Of a DNA stretch of 64,000 bases, positions 50,825-62,600 are shown piece after piece. Within the stretch, counting starts at the first letter, position 1; every line of letters begins with the position of its first letter. Below the pieces are notes generated by a model, which saw nothing but the letters and a program-made list of their open reading frames with translations, had not been told where the DNA came from and searched no databases. The position numbers were made by a program, and so were the translations under genes. The stretch is from an uncultured Christensenellaceae bacterium (lineage in GTDB: Bacteria > Bacillota > Clostridia > Christensenellales > UBA3700): the NCBI GenBank assembly GCA_910587685.1, contig CAJUMY010000001.1:193268-257267 (forward strand), in the 5' to 3' direction.

Positions 50825-51316
50825 ATGATCGACTGCGGAGCGTTATTCGACAAGGTTTATAACGAATATTACCATAAGATAGTCGCATATTTCAGACGGC
50901 GCGTAAAATACGACCGAGACGCCGCCGAGGATCTAGCACAACAGACTTTCTTCAAACTATGGACGTATATGCTGCAAAACGGCGGCAAAGTCGTCAACGT
51001 CCGAGCGTTCTTATACGCTATCGCAAAGAACGTACGCGCCGACTATTACCGTAGATCGAGAGGCTATTGCCTTTCAACGGAACTATGCGTTGACCTCGTG
51101 AAATGCGACGACCCCGAAAGGAGCGAAGATATCGTCTACGCCGCGCTGGCAAAACTGAGCGCGCAAGATGCGAAACTCATTAAACTGCGTATCATGGGAT
51201 ATAGCTACGCCGAGATCTCAAAATTGCTCGGAGCGAACGTTTCCACATTGCGTACACGATATTTATCCGCAAAGCGCAGATTGAAAAAGATAATAAACAG
51301 CGAAGACGAATTTTAA
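50825..51316 (+). CDS. Small sigma-70 family (ECF-like, regions 2 and 4 only) RNA polymerase sigma factor
   Basis: Region 2 DAAEDLAQQTFFKLWTY. Region 4 HTH LSAQDAKLIKLRIMGYSYAEISKLLGANVSTLRTRYLSAKRRLKK. Confidence 0.85.
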   Translation: MIDCGALFDKVYNEYYHKIVAYFRRRVKYDRDAAEDLAQQTFFKLWTYMLQNGGKVVNVRAFLYAIAKNVRADYYRRSRGYCLSTELCVDLVKCDDPERSEDIVYAALAKLSAQDAKLIKLRIMGYSYAEISKLLGANVSTLRTRYLSAKRRLKKIINSEDEF

Positions 51317-51320
51317 TAAT

Positions 51321-51349
51321 AGGGTCTGAATAACTCAGACCCTATTTTA
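51321..51349 (+). terminator. Intrinsic terminator after the sigma-factor gene
   Basis: AGGGTCTGA-ATAAC-TCAGACCCT followed by ATTTT. Confidence 0.7.
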
Positions 51350-51619
51350 GCTCTCATATTATTTAGTAAAGATAAAAACTCAAATACATAAAAACAATCT
51401 AATACCGGATCAAAAAATTTTCCATTTTCATATGTCAAAATACGTTTTATAAAACTCATAAATTTTTTCTATCCTCTTCTGTTTGCACAAAATTAGATAT
51501 AAATACATACAGTATAATAACATACTGAAAATTTTCAAATATATTGACTCTCTTCTACATATTCTCCCCTTACTTTATATGGGCGGAATATGTAGAATTT
51601 TTTTACGAAAGGAGGACTT

Positions 51620-53322
51620 ATGCCTTTTATTCAACGATATTCAGATGTAAAAAAGGGCGGTATACTTTTTTGCGGAAATACGCTCGGTCTAAGTAAAACT
51701 CCGAACCAGAACGCACCTGGAACGGAAGGTTAGATAGGCGCTTTCACTAGTCTCGACAATACTCTGCAAGTCGGGACGTTCCCTCAAGGTACGACGCTCG
51801 ACTATACGCGTAACGGGTCTCGGGCAATACTCGACCTCCCTGCAGACTCGACGATATTATACGCCGAACTCATATGGGGCGGATTATTCCGTTCCTCGGA
51901 AAACAACATTTCGGCGCTATTAAATAACAGCGTAACGTTCACAACTCCGCAGGGAACGCTTTCCGTTGCTCCCGACCCCGCAACGGCGCAAACGTTCGAT
52001 ATTCCTGCGGACAATATTACCGTAGGCTTTTACGTTCGTACCGCTAACGTAACGGCGGCGGTGCAAGCCGCGCTCGGAGGTTCGTATTCCGTTCAAAGCG
52101 TTCCCGCGCTGATAGAAGCGCTCGACAGCCGTACCGCTGACACAAATCATGCAGGCTGGACGCTAGCTATTGCATATGAGAATCCGTCTATGCCGCTTAG
52201 GAATCTCACTATATGGAGCGGAGGCGTCGTAGTCTCGCCGAACAATACCAGTACGACTATAACGGTATCGGATTTTCTCACTCCCGAAATACTGCCTATA
52301 ACGGGCAAAATATTCGTCTCGGCGCAAGAAGGCGACGCGGTTCTGACCGGCGACGAGATGCTGTTCGGACAGACGATACCGACGCTATCACCTCTTTCGG
52401 GACCAAACAATCCTGAGGATAACTTCTTCGCGTCGCAGATAAACGACGAGAACGGTATTCTCGATACTACGGGAACGTTCGGCTCGCGTAACGCGAATGC
52501 CGCGGCGGGAACTAACACCTCGGCATGCCGTCAAGGTTGGGATATAACTGCCGTTGACGTCTCTGATAAGCTTTCCGCAAGTCAATCCAGCGCTGTCATT
52601 CGTTTTACAAGCGACGGCGATCTGTACGTCCCGAATGCTCTTGCTCTGCAGATCGACAGTAAAGGCGCTAATCTGGAAATCGCTAAGTCTGCCGATAAAA
52701 CCTTCGTAGACGTCGGCGAAGAAATAACTTACCAGCTCGTCGTTAAAAATACCGGAACTGTCGAGGCGCTTGACGTAACGGTAACCGACCTGCTTCCTAA
52801 CGAAACGACGCTCGTAGACGGCTCTATAACAGTGGACGGAGTTCCTTACGTCGGTTCGCTGCCCGTAGTGATCCCGAGCATAGCGGCAGGTCAATCTAGT
52901 AACGTTACCTTCAAAGTAACCGCCGACTCCTTGCCCGCCGTGAATCCCATATTCAATATTGCACGAGCGGACTATAAATTCTTTCCGTTCGCAGGATACG
53001 AGGCAAGCGGATTTTCTAACTCCAATCCCGCAGCCGTATACGTCATAGTAAGAGAAGTGGCGAATACAAAAAGCGTCGATAAAGCGTTCGCCGTAAAAGG
53101 CGGCGCGTTGACTATACGTCCGTCATAAAGAACGCAGGCAGCGTTCCCGTAACGAACGTTATATTCAAAGACGAAATACCCGCGGGTACGATGTTCGTAA
53201 ACGGTTCTGTTAAGATAGACGGCGTTAGATATCCGTCTTACGATCCCGAAACAGGTTTCGACCTTCCCGACCTCGCGGCAGGCGAAAGCGTTACGGTAGA
53301 ATTTGACGTGAAGGTGAACTGA
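51620..53322 (+). pseudogene. DUF11 (TIGR01451 'conserved repeat domain') surface/spore-surface type protein gene, interrupted by an in-frame TAG and a frameshift
   Basis: AAAGGAGG RBS and ATG at 51620. TAG at codon 38 (51731-51733), with the same frame staying open to 53128. DUF11-type repeats (ITYQLVVKNTGTVEALDVTVTDLLP..., KNAGSVPVTNVIFKDEIPAGTMFVNGSV...GESVTVEFDVKVN). The last repeat is only readable in a frame offset by one nucleotide, from 53083-53126 to 53322. Confidence 0.7.
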
Positions 53323-53323
53323 T

Positions 53324-53545
53324 ATGAAAACTATTACCAATATTTCGAACATAACATATCCTATCGGAGAAACCTCTACCGTCGCATACAGCAACCCCGT
53401 AACGACTTTTATAGCAGATACGCCGATCCCCCCCATGACGTCGAAAGTACACTGCCCTTGTCATTGCGGATGCTGCTGCAATAACTGCTGCTGTAACGCC
53501 TGCTTTAGCTGTTGCTGTTGCGGATATTGTAATTTCGACTATTAA
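53324..53545 (+). CDS. 73-aa ORF: DUF11-repeat tail fused to an extremely Cys-rich C-terminus (a separate gene, or the displaced 3' end of the DUF11 gene)
   Basis: AAGGTG lies 7 nt upstream of the ATG, which overlaps the upstream stop (TGATATG). The sequence ends KVHCPCHCGCCCNNCCCNACFSCCCCGYCNFDY. Followed by a strong terminator. Confidence 0.6.
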   Translation: MKTITNISNITYPIGETSTVAYSNPVTTFIADTPIPPMTSKVHCPCHCGCCCNNCCCNACFSCCCCGYCNFDY

Positions 53546-53554
53546 AACAATTAA

Positions 53555-53595
53555 AAAACAAAAAACGGGAAGGACTGTCGTCCTTCCCTTTTTTC
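53555..53595. terminator. Bidirectional intrinsic terminator between convergent genes
   Basis: GGGAAGGAC-TGTC-GTCCTTCCC flanked by an A-run and a T-run. Confidence 0.85.
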
Positions 53596-53616
53596 ATCTG
53601 CTCACAATGTCAAAGA

Positions 53617-56600
53617 TCATTCTTCGTCTTCGTCGTCTTCATCCTCATCGTCGGAATCATCGTCGTCTTCGTCATCATCTTCATCATCGTCTTCGTCATC
53701 GGAATCTTCGTCTTCGTCGTCATCGTCCGATTCTTCATCGCTGTCTTCCGGCTCCTCTTTCTTCGATTCCTTAGCCGCCTTTTCCGCCTTAGGCTCTTTC
53801 TCGGCTTTCTTTCCGCTCTTATCAGCCTTTCCTCTCGAAATCACCATTACTATAATGAATATTACGAGAGCCGCGAGGAAGAGAACGAGTATTACGCAGA
53901 TAACTATCATAAGCAATCCGAATCCGCCGAGACCCTCGTCTTCTTCACCCTCTACGACAGAAGAAGTTCCGTCGGCGTTGAGTTTGAAGCTCGTGGACTC
54001 AAACTTGTAAGGAAGCGAATAGGTATCCTGATACTGTTCGTTGATAGCATAGGTTACGGTGTACTTCTCGCCTTCTTTGAGATCTGCTTCCGCTACGACT
54101 TTACCGTTCGCATCCTTTATTGTTCTCACGAGGAGATCGCTAGGCAACGATATCGGCGTATCGCCCGTAGTCAAGTCGGGAGTCGGAACGCTTCCGCCCA
54201 TATACCAAGTACCGCCGAGAGCGAACTTATTGATGGTAAAGGTTAGCGTATAGTCTTCCGTAGTATCGTTAGCCCACGATACGTGCTCGGTATCCTTGAT
54301 GCGGAGCGTTATCGTATAGCTTCCTACAGCGGTCTGTACGAGCGCCGCGTTTCCTTCGACTATTTCTACAAAACCGTCGTAATCGGTATCCCAGTTCACG
54401 ATCTTTATCGTATACGGCAATCCGTTGTAATTGACGATTGCAGTCTCGAGTCTAGGCATAGGCAACGTATGGTGTCCGTCTACTATTACGCCCGACTTAG
54501 TTACCTCGAAGCTGAGCGTTATATTATCCGTCGTACCGTCAGACCAAGTGAAGAGGTCTTTGTCGATGATGTACAGAACAACGTCGTACTTGCCTACTTC
54601 CGTTACGTTGAGCTCGCCGCTCACGCCAACGTACGGCTCGTAAACGTCCCAGTTGTGAACTGCGAACGTTATCTCTTCGCCCGTATACGCCTTCTTGTCA
54701 ACGTCGAGTCTCGGACGGTCGTGCGTTATCGCAGGCGACGTACGCTTAGTTACCTCGAACGTCAAGAATATATCGTTCGTGGTCTCGTCTTCCCACTTCG
54801 TAATAGCAGGATTGGTTATTCTGACCGTTACGGTATAGGTTCCTACCTTGCTGACGGTGAGAGCTTCTTCTCCCTCGACTATCTCAAGGTACTCTTTGTA
54901 TACGTCCCAGTTCTCTATAACGAAGGTATGCTTTCTTCCGTCATACTCGACCTTATCGCTGACAAGGTGCGGCTTAACTATCTTATCTATAGAAATCAAG
55001 TTGATAGTTCCGTCCTCGCCGATAACGAACGCTATAGCAGTCTCGACGATTCCTTCGGGACCCTGAGCAAGAGCTACGTCTGCGCCGAGGCTTCTCGCTG
55101 TCGACTGAACGGGAGCGAACGTGAAGTAATCTACGTAAGCGCTGTTCAACTTAGCGGTTATGAAGTAAGTTACTCCCTTTTCTACGTTTTCAGGCTCTAT
55201 AACGTCGCCGTCTTCGTTCTTGATGATATAGCTTACCAAATTATCGGGAAGACCTGCCATATCGGGAAGTTCGATGACCGGTATGCCGCCGTCAAGATTC
55301 CACTTGATCGGTATGACAGCCTTAGTGATCTCGAAGGTCAATACCTTATCGTCGCTGCTACCGTCGCTCCAAGTCATAAGCTCGGAATCTATTATGTGAA
55401 CGGTAACGCTGTACTTACCTATCTCCTGTTGCGTCAAATCGTCGCCGACGAGTTCGACGTATCCTTCGTATACCGACCAGTTACGTATCTCGAAAGTCTG
55501 ACCGCCGAATCTATATTCGAGCCTGTCGTCTTCAAGACGCGGCATATGCGGTGTGAACATAGGCGCTGTACGATCGATGATCGAGAAAGTCAACGTAATA
55601 TCGTCGGTAGTTCCGTCGCTCCAAGTAAAGAGCTGAGTATCCTTGATCTTAAGAGTAGCGGTATAAGCTCCCTTATCCTTCTGCGTGAACGCGTCGCCTT
55701 CTATCTCGAAGAATCTTGAGAAGTTAGCCCAGTCTTCTATTTCGAACGTCTGTTCCGCGCCGGTATATTCAAGTTCTGAATTTACGAACTCGAACTTAGC
55801 GTGCTTGAACGCCGGAGACGTACGGCTCTTGATCTCAAAGGTGAGAACCTTATTCTCCATAGTTCCGTCAGCCCATATTGCGAGCGTCGGGTCTACTATT
55901 CTTATCTCTACTCTGTACTCGCCGACCGCGGACTGAGTGACAGCGTCGCTGCCCTCCACGAATTCAACGAACGGAGCCATATTATCCCAATCGTAGATAA
56001 CAAAGGTATGCTCTGCGCCGTCGTACTCAACAACGTCGATATCGAACTGCGGTACGGTAAGCTCTTCGACTATTACTTGGAAGAGATTGCCGTCGTCGTC
56101 GAGTCTGAATACGAGAACGCTTTCCTTTGCGGTAGCTTCCGAACCTTCGGTAACTGCGAACGCGAAGTTATTAGCGTAGTTTTCGTTGACCGTTGCAGTC
56201 ATGAAGTAGGTCACGTTCCTCTCGACGCTTTCGGGAGCTATTACTTCTCCGTCAACGTTGGTAATTACATAGTTGACCAAATCTTCCGGCACGTTTTCAA
56301 CGTTGATTCCAACGAGCTCTAGTACCGGTATGCTTCCCGTGAGATTCCAGTTGACGGGAATAGCGGCGGGAGTTATCTTGAACGTGAGTTCTACGTCGTC
56401 GGTACTGCCGTCCGCCCACGTAAAGAGCATAACGTCCTTTATGTGTACGGTTATCTTATATACGCCGGCATCGGTCTGCTTGAGTTCGTCGCCGAGTATC
56501 TCTACAAAGTCGATATAGTTGAGAATATCGCTGAGCGAGAACGTCTGCTCATTTCCGTTATATACGATAGTATCGTTCTCGAATACAGGAATTTCGTGAG

Positions 56601-59600
56601 TCGTCGGCTCTGCTGCAGGCGCGGTAATACTGAAGAACAACGTATAGTCTCCCGTCTTATCGTTATCCCACGTTGCTACGGTAGGATCTTTGAACGAGAA
56701 TACTACTCTGTACTCGCCTACCTGTCTCTGAGTGAGACTTCCCGTCATATTGAGATGATCTTTATAGTTATCCCAGTCGACTATCTCGAAGGTAATGTCC
56801 TCGCCTGTGTACTCTATAGAGTCGCTGACGAGCGTCGGATAAGGAAGTTTCTTAACTACGACTTCCGATATCTCGCCGTCCTTTATTCTGTATGCAAACG
56901 TCGTATTGACTTCGTCGCCGAACTTGAAGTTATTCTCAAACTCTTCGCCGAGCGAAACCGTGATATAATAGGTTTTTCCCTGTACCGGCGTCGTAACTTC
57001 GTTGCCATCTGCATCCTTAGTAACGTATACCAAGAATCCTTCGCCGAGTTCTTCGAAGCCTTCTACAGCCGCGCCGAACGAAGGCGAAACAGCTCCTTCC
57101 TCAACCGTCCATTCGCCGTTTACGATAGCCTTTTCTATCTCGAACGTGAGAACTACGTCTTCCATACCGCCGTCTTCCCACTGAGCGGGCATATTCTTCT
57201 TGAATCTGAGAGTTACGGAGTAAACGCCCGCGTCAGTCTGCGTGAGGCTGTCGCTCTCGTCCTCTACGATGTCAAGGTAATCGCTGTAGGTCAGATCCCA
57301 GTTGGTTATAGCGAACGTCTGCTCGCTGCCGTTGTATACTAGTTTATCCGTATCCAATACAGGCTTCTTGAACTTCTCAAGAGTCTTCTCCTCGATCACT
57401 CCGTCGACTATCCTGTAAGAATATACTACCTGCGTACCGCTCTCGAGAGCGAAGTTATTCGTGTGTACGAAAGCTACCGCTACGGTGATATAGTACGAAC
57501 CGTCTGCTGTTGCGTTCTCCGCGGTAACGACCTCGCCTGTCTCCTCGTTCGTTATCTCATAACGGAACAAGTCGCTCGGCAATTCGCCGACGTATCCCTC
57601 GACAGTTGCCGCGAATACGGGAACCAGTCTATCTTCCGTCGACCACTCGCCGGAAATGACCGCCTGAGTTATCGAGAACTTGAGCGTAACGTCGTTTGAC
57701 GTACCGTCGTCCTTCCACTGAACGTACAGTCCGGCTTTCACTCCTATAGTGATCTCGTACTCGCCTACGTCCGTCTGATTGAGGCTGCCCTTCTTGATTT
57801 CGAGATGAGTCTTGAGCGTACCCCAGTTATTGATCTTGAACGCTACTTCACTGCCGTTATATACTACCGACGTTTCCGTAAGAGTCGGCTTGTCAAGCAT
57901 CGTATAGACTATCGGGATAACGAACTCTACCGAAGTCTCGACTTCTTCCGCAAATTTATAGTTGACTGCAAACGACGTCTCGAAAGCGATCGTCGCCGTA
58001 TACTTCTTACCGAGAGCGAGCGAATTCTTCTCAACTTCGTTACCTTCCTCGTCGGTATAGGTAATAGTCGTGAAGTTCGAAGGATAGCTCGACGCGTCGT
58101 TATCGAATACGAATTCCGGAATACTGCTATCCGTCTCCGTATTCCAGCTACCGCTTACGCTTATAGGATTGACGGTAAAGTTGAGAACCGCGTCGTCGGT
58201 GCTGCCGTCTGTCCAGGTAGCTATTACAGGATCGGCTATACTTATCTTAACGGTATACTCGCCTGCGTTGAGCTGAGTGAGCGAATCGCTGTCGTCAGTA
58301 AACTTAAGATATGCGCTAATCAGATCCCAATCCCTGATTATGAACGTATAAGTCGTAGCGTCGTAATCTCTCGAATCGAGCTCGAGAACGGGCGTATCTA
58401 TAAGCATTACTTTATTAGCAAAAGTATATCTTACGTATTTGTTGTCCTGATACGTTACCTCGACGTTGTCCTTATCGGTAACGTTAAGAGTGATAACGAA
58501 CTTTTCGCCGTATCCCGCATTATTTACGGTATTATTATCCACTTCGAGACCGTCGGCGTTCGTAATAACGTACTTAACTACGCTCTCAGGCAAAATGCCG
58601 TCCGCAAGTTTGACCGTAGATTCAGCCTTATTCTCATTCCAACCCGTTACTATAACGCTGAGTTTCGACACTGTAAACGTTACGACGATATTCCCGAGCG
58701 TTCCGTCGCTCCAGAGGATGTTCTCAGCTCCGTCAGGGTTGTGTTCGGCTTTGATCGCGAACGTTATCTTGTAAGTTCCCGCGTTATAAGCCGCGTACTT
58801 CGAATCTCCGTAACCGCCGTAGCTTGCGAAATTCTCGCCGTCGGCAGAATACTCCGCGTTAGCTGTGTAATAAGTCTCCCAATCGGACTGAGCTTTACAC
58901 ATTGCCATAATATCGTGACCTACAGCGTCGAATACTTTGAAGCTGTTATCGAAAGCAGGTATCTGCAATCTGTTAGCGGTTATCGACCACTCGAGCTCGA
59001 GATCCTGCGACGTGCCGCTTCCGAGCCACGAGGTGCTGTTCGGATACTTGAGTCCTATAATTACCTTATAAGTTCCGGCGTTCGTAGCCTTTCCGACGCT
59101 GTCGATATCTTCGCCGCTTCTTACTTCTACGTAATCGTTGCCGTTCTTAGCGATATAATCGGCAAGAATATCTATTTCGCTACCGGTATACGCTTTGTTC
59201 GTAAGCGTCGGCATCTCGATACTCTTTTCGGTAATGCTGAACGAAAGCTCGATTGAGTTCGACTGACCGTTAGTCCACATTGCTACGGAGTTCTGCTTGA
59301 ACTCGATAGTTACCTTATATTCGCCTGCCTCAGTCTTCGTGAGAGCTTCTTTACCCTCCTTGATAACGAGGTACTTGCTGTAATAATCGTCCCAGTTGCC
59401 TATTTCGAACGTCTTTGCTTTACCGTCGAACTCATAGGTATCGAGACCCTTGATAGTCGGTTTCTCTATCTTTATCTTTTCCGTTACGAACGCGTGCTTT
59501 TCGTAACTCGAATCGCTGTAAGATATCTCCGCATAGTCCGCGTACGCCGCCTTTACTACAAGAGCCACGAAGAACGCCTTTCCTGCGCCTGCGGTGAGTA

Positions 59601-62600
59601 CGTCGTCAACGGTCACGATAGCGCCCGTTTCGTTGAGAAGCTGATACTCGTAGAACTTCGTCGGCAGAGTCGCATCGTTAGCGAGTTTGACCGTCGAATT
59701 CTCTCTGTTATCATTCCAGCCTACTACGTTTACGGATACCTTAGCGACAGCGACCGTTACTATCTGGTCTTCAGCGTCGCCGCTTGCCCAAACCACGTTA
59801 TCCGCGCCGGAATTGACAGAATCGAGTATTGAGAACGTAAGTCTGTATACGCCCGTCTTATACGCGCTGTACGGATCGTATATAGCGTTGCCTTCTTCGT
59901 CGCTGCCGATCTCGGTATATCCGGGATAAGGAGCGAAGTCAGTACCGTCTATAGAATACTCTATAACGACGCTGAGATAATTCTCCCAGTCTTCCGCCAT
60001 ACCGCAATCCGTAACGATGTTATGAACGTTACCGTCAAAGAGCGTCCAGTTACCGCCGTCAGGCGTATCTATGGTCTTCTTTTCGATATTCCAAGTAAAC
60101 TCTTTCTTATCTGCGCTTCCGTCGGACCACATACAGCTAACGGTATTCTTGAGCTCAACGCTGAACGTGTACTCTCCGACGTTCGTTGCGGAATATTCTC
60201 CCGAAACTTTTACAAAAGTCGTAAAGTCTTCAGGCAAACCTGAAAGCACGTTCTTCTCCTCGTTAGAGAACTCGAAATCGGAAACCGTCGGCAATTCTAT
60301 CATTCTTATCTTGATAGAAAAGTTGAGAGTGACGGTAGTCTTGTCGTCTATTTCGCCGTCCGCAGTATTCCACGAAGCGTTCGAGCCCGCTTTGATCTTA
60401 AGAGTTATCTGATAATCTCCCGCTTCCGTCTTAGTCATATCGGAAAGGCTTCCGCCGTCGACTTCGATATACTGCCAAATAGTCTTATCAGCCAATTCGA
60501 AAGCGTGCGCTTTGCCGTCGTAAGTAAACTCTTCAGTTACGAGCGTCGGTTTATCAAGCCAAACGATATTGGTATATATAGTCTTATACGAGAACGTCTC
60601 GTAATCTTCGCTCGAATACGAAAGAGTTACGTTATCGGTGAACTCGTCAAGGAGATACGGACTTACCGAAAGAGTTACGCCGCCGCCGAGAGCCGCAGCC
60701 TCCTCCTTGGAATATATCTTATCGTCGGCGTCCTTTATCGTATAGCCTAGCATTATAGCCGCAAAGTCGTCGTTATCGGAAAGGACCGTCGAATTTTCAC
60801 GGGCTGCCGTCCAACCTGTTACCGTAAGTACGAGCTTATCGACCGTGATAGTCGTCGTACGGTCGCTGACCGTCGCGCTGTCCCAAATAACGTTGGTCTC
60901 CGATCCCTCGGGATTGAGTCCCGGCTTGATAGCAAATACAAACCTATACGTACCCGTATTGTACGCCGAGTACTGCTCGCCGTCATATCCCGCATACGGC
61001 AAGAACGTATTACCGTCTTTTGCATATTCTATCTTTATCGTGTAGTACTTTTCCCAATCCTCTTCGACTCCGCAAAGATCGAGCAAGTTATGCGCGGCGT
61101 TGTCGAACTGCGCCCAAGTTCCCTTATTATCGGGAGTTACCATCTTTCTGGACTCTATGTTCCAAGAGATGGAAGACTTGAGTATTTCGGGCTGAACTAC
61201 CTCATAGTTGTTGTTCTTTACCGTTACTTTGAACTCTGCAGTATACGTTCCGACTGCCGACTGGGTATTGCCGCTGACGGCTATCGTCGCGATATTCGCC
61301 CATTTATCGTTAAAGTAAGCGATGTAATCGAGCGTCTCTTCGCCTGAAGCATAAGAGAGCGATACCGAATACGGAACAGCGTTTCCGCTATCGTCTACCG
61401 CAAATACGAACGGATTCACGTAATTCCAGCTAGCTTCGCTGAGATCTATCTTCGCCTTTGCAATATTCCATCTAAGCGAAGTCGGGAACGTGATAGCAGG
61501 ATCGTTCCAACTCGTATCGTCGTATACGAACGTGAACGTAGCCTCGTAACCGCCTGCATTCGTCGCGGTGTTTCCTACCAAGTTCTTAACGGTAAGGAAG
61601 TTATTCACGGTGAGATCGCTGCCGTTAGCGTTATTGCTGTTACCGCTCTTAAGGTATATCTTATGCGCGTTACCGGAATAAACGAACTCTGAAATTTCGG
61701 CATTGTTATCCTTTTCGTTGATCCACTTGCCCTGTTCCATATCGTAGATGTACTCTCTTCCGTCGTGAGAATATGCCCACTTGAGATTAGAGGTCGAGAT
61801 GTTGCCCTTCACGATTTCAAAGAAGAACTCGCCCGTACCGGTACCCGTCTTATTGCTGCCTGCGATACCGTAACTGATGGTAACCGCTACTTTGTATTTA
61901 CCTACGTTGGTAGGACTCTGTATTTTAGCGTTATAGGAGTCCGTCGCCGCATCGTAGAGATAGTATTCTATTATAGAATTTTTGATCTCGAGCTGCGAGC
62001 CTTCTTCGTCCTGATCTATCCTCGCTTCAGCGATGTAAGGCATGCTGGTGTACGGGAACTGTTCGCCGGTCATTTCCTCGCCGCCGCCGTTCGTAAATAC
62101 AAGGTGCATAACGAGCAAGTACTGATCTTCGCCGACTACGAACTCGAGAGTGAGCGGAGAGTTGACTTCGTCCACTACGACGAGCTTATGGTTAGCGGCA
62201 TAGTTGACGCCGCCGCCAGAACCGTCTTTGAGTATCGGCGTAACGCGGTAAGTGACCGCCTCTCCGAACTTCTTCGTGAGTTTTTCTACGACTTCCCAGG
62301 CGCCGTCCGCATCGAGTTTCTCGTACTTATACTTGACCATTTCGTCGCCTGTTACGAGCACCGGAACGTAGAATATCTCTGAGTTCTCGTCGACCTTCAT
62401 GACCGACTTCCACGAGATCTCTATCTCCGCCTTATTGATATCCCACTTGCACGACCACGGGAACGAACCTATATACGTCTTGCTGTCGCCTTCGACAGGT
62501 CTCATATAGTTTGCGTTAGCTACGTTGAACTCAACGCCCGTAGTGTACTGTTTACCGCTGCCTTCGGTAGCGTTGGTCGCAGTAAGATCTCCAGTATAAC

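Noticed and set aside
53324-53545. The Cys-rich ORF as a RiPP precursor (sactipeptide, ranthipeptide or SCIFF-like).
   Set aside because: No radical-SAM maturase, cyclodehydratase, protease or ABC exporter lies within the window on either side. The supposed leader is clearly a DUF11 repeat fragment. A structural or metal-binding tail is better supported, but this cannot be fully excluded without the whole genome.
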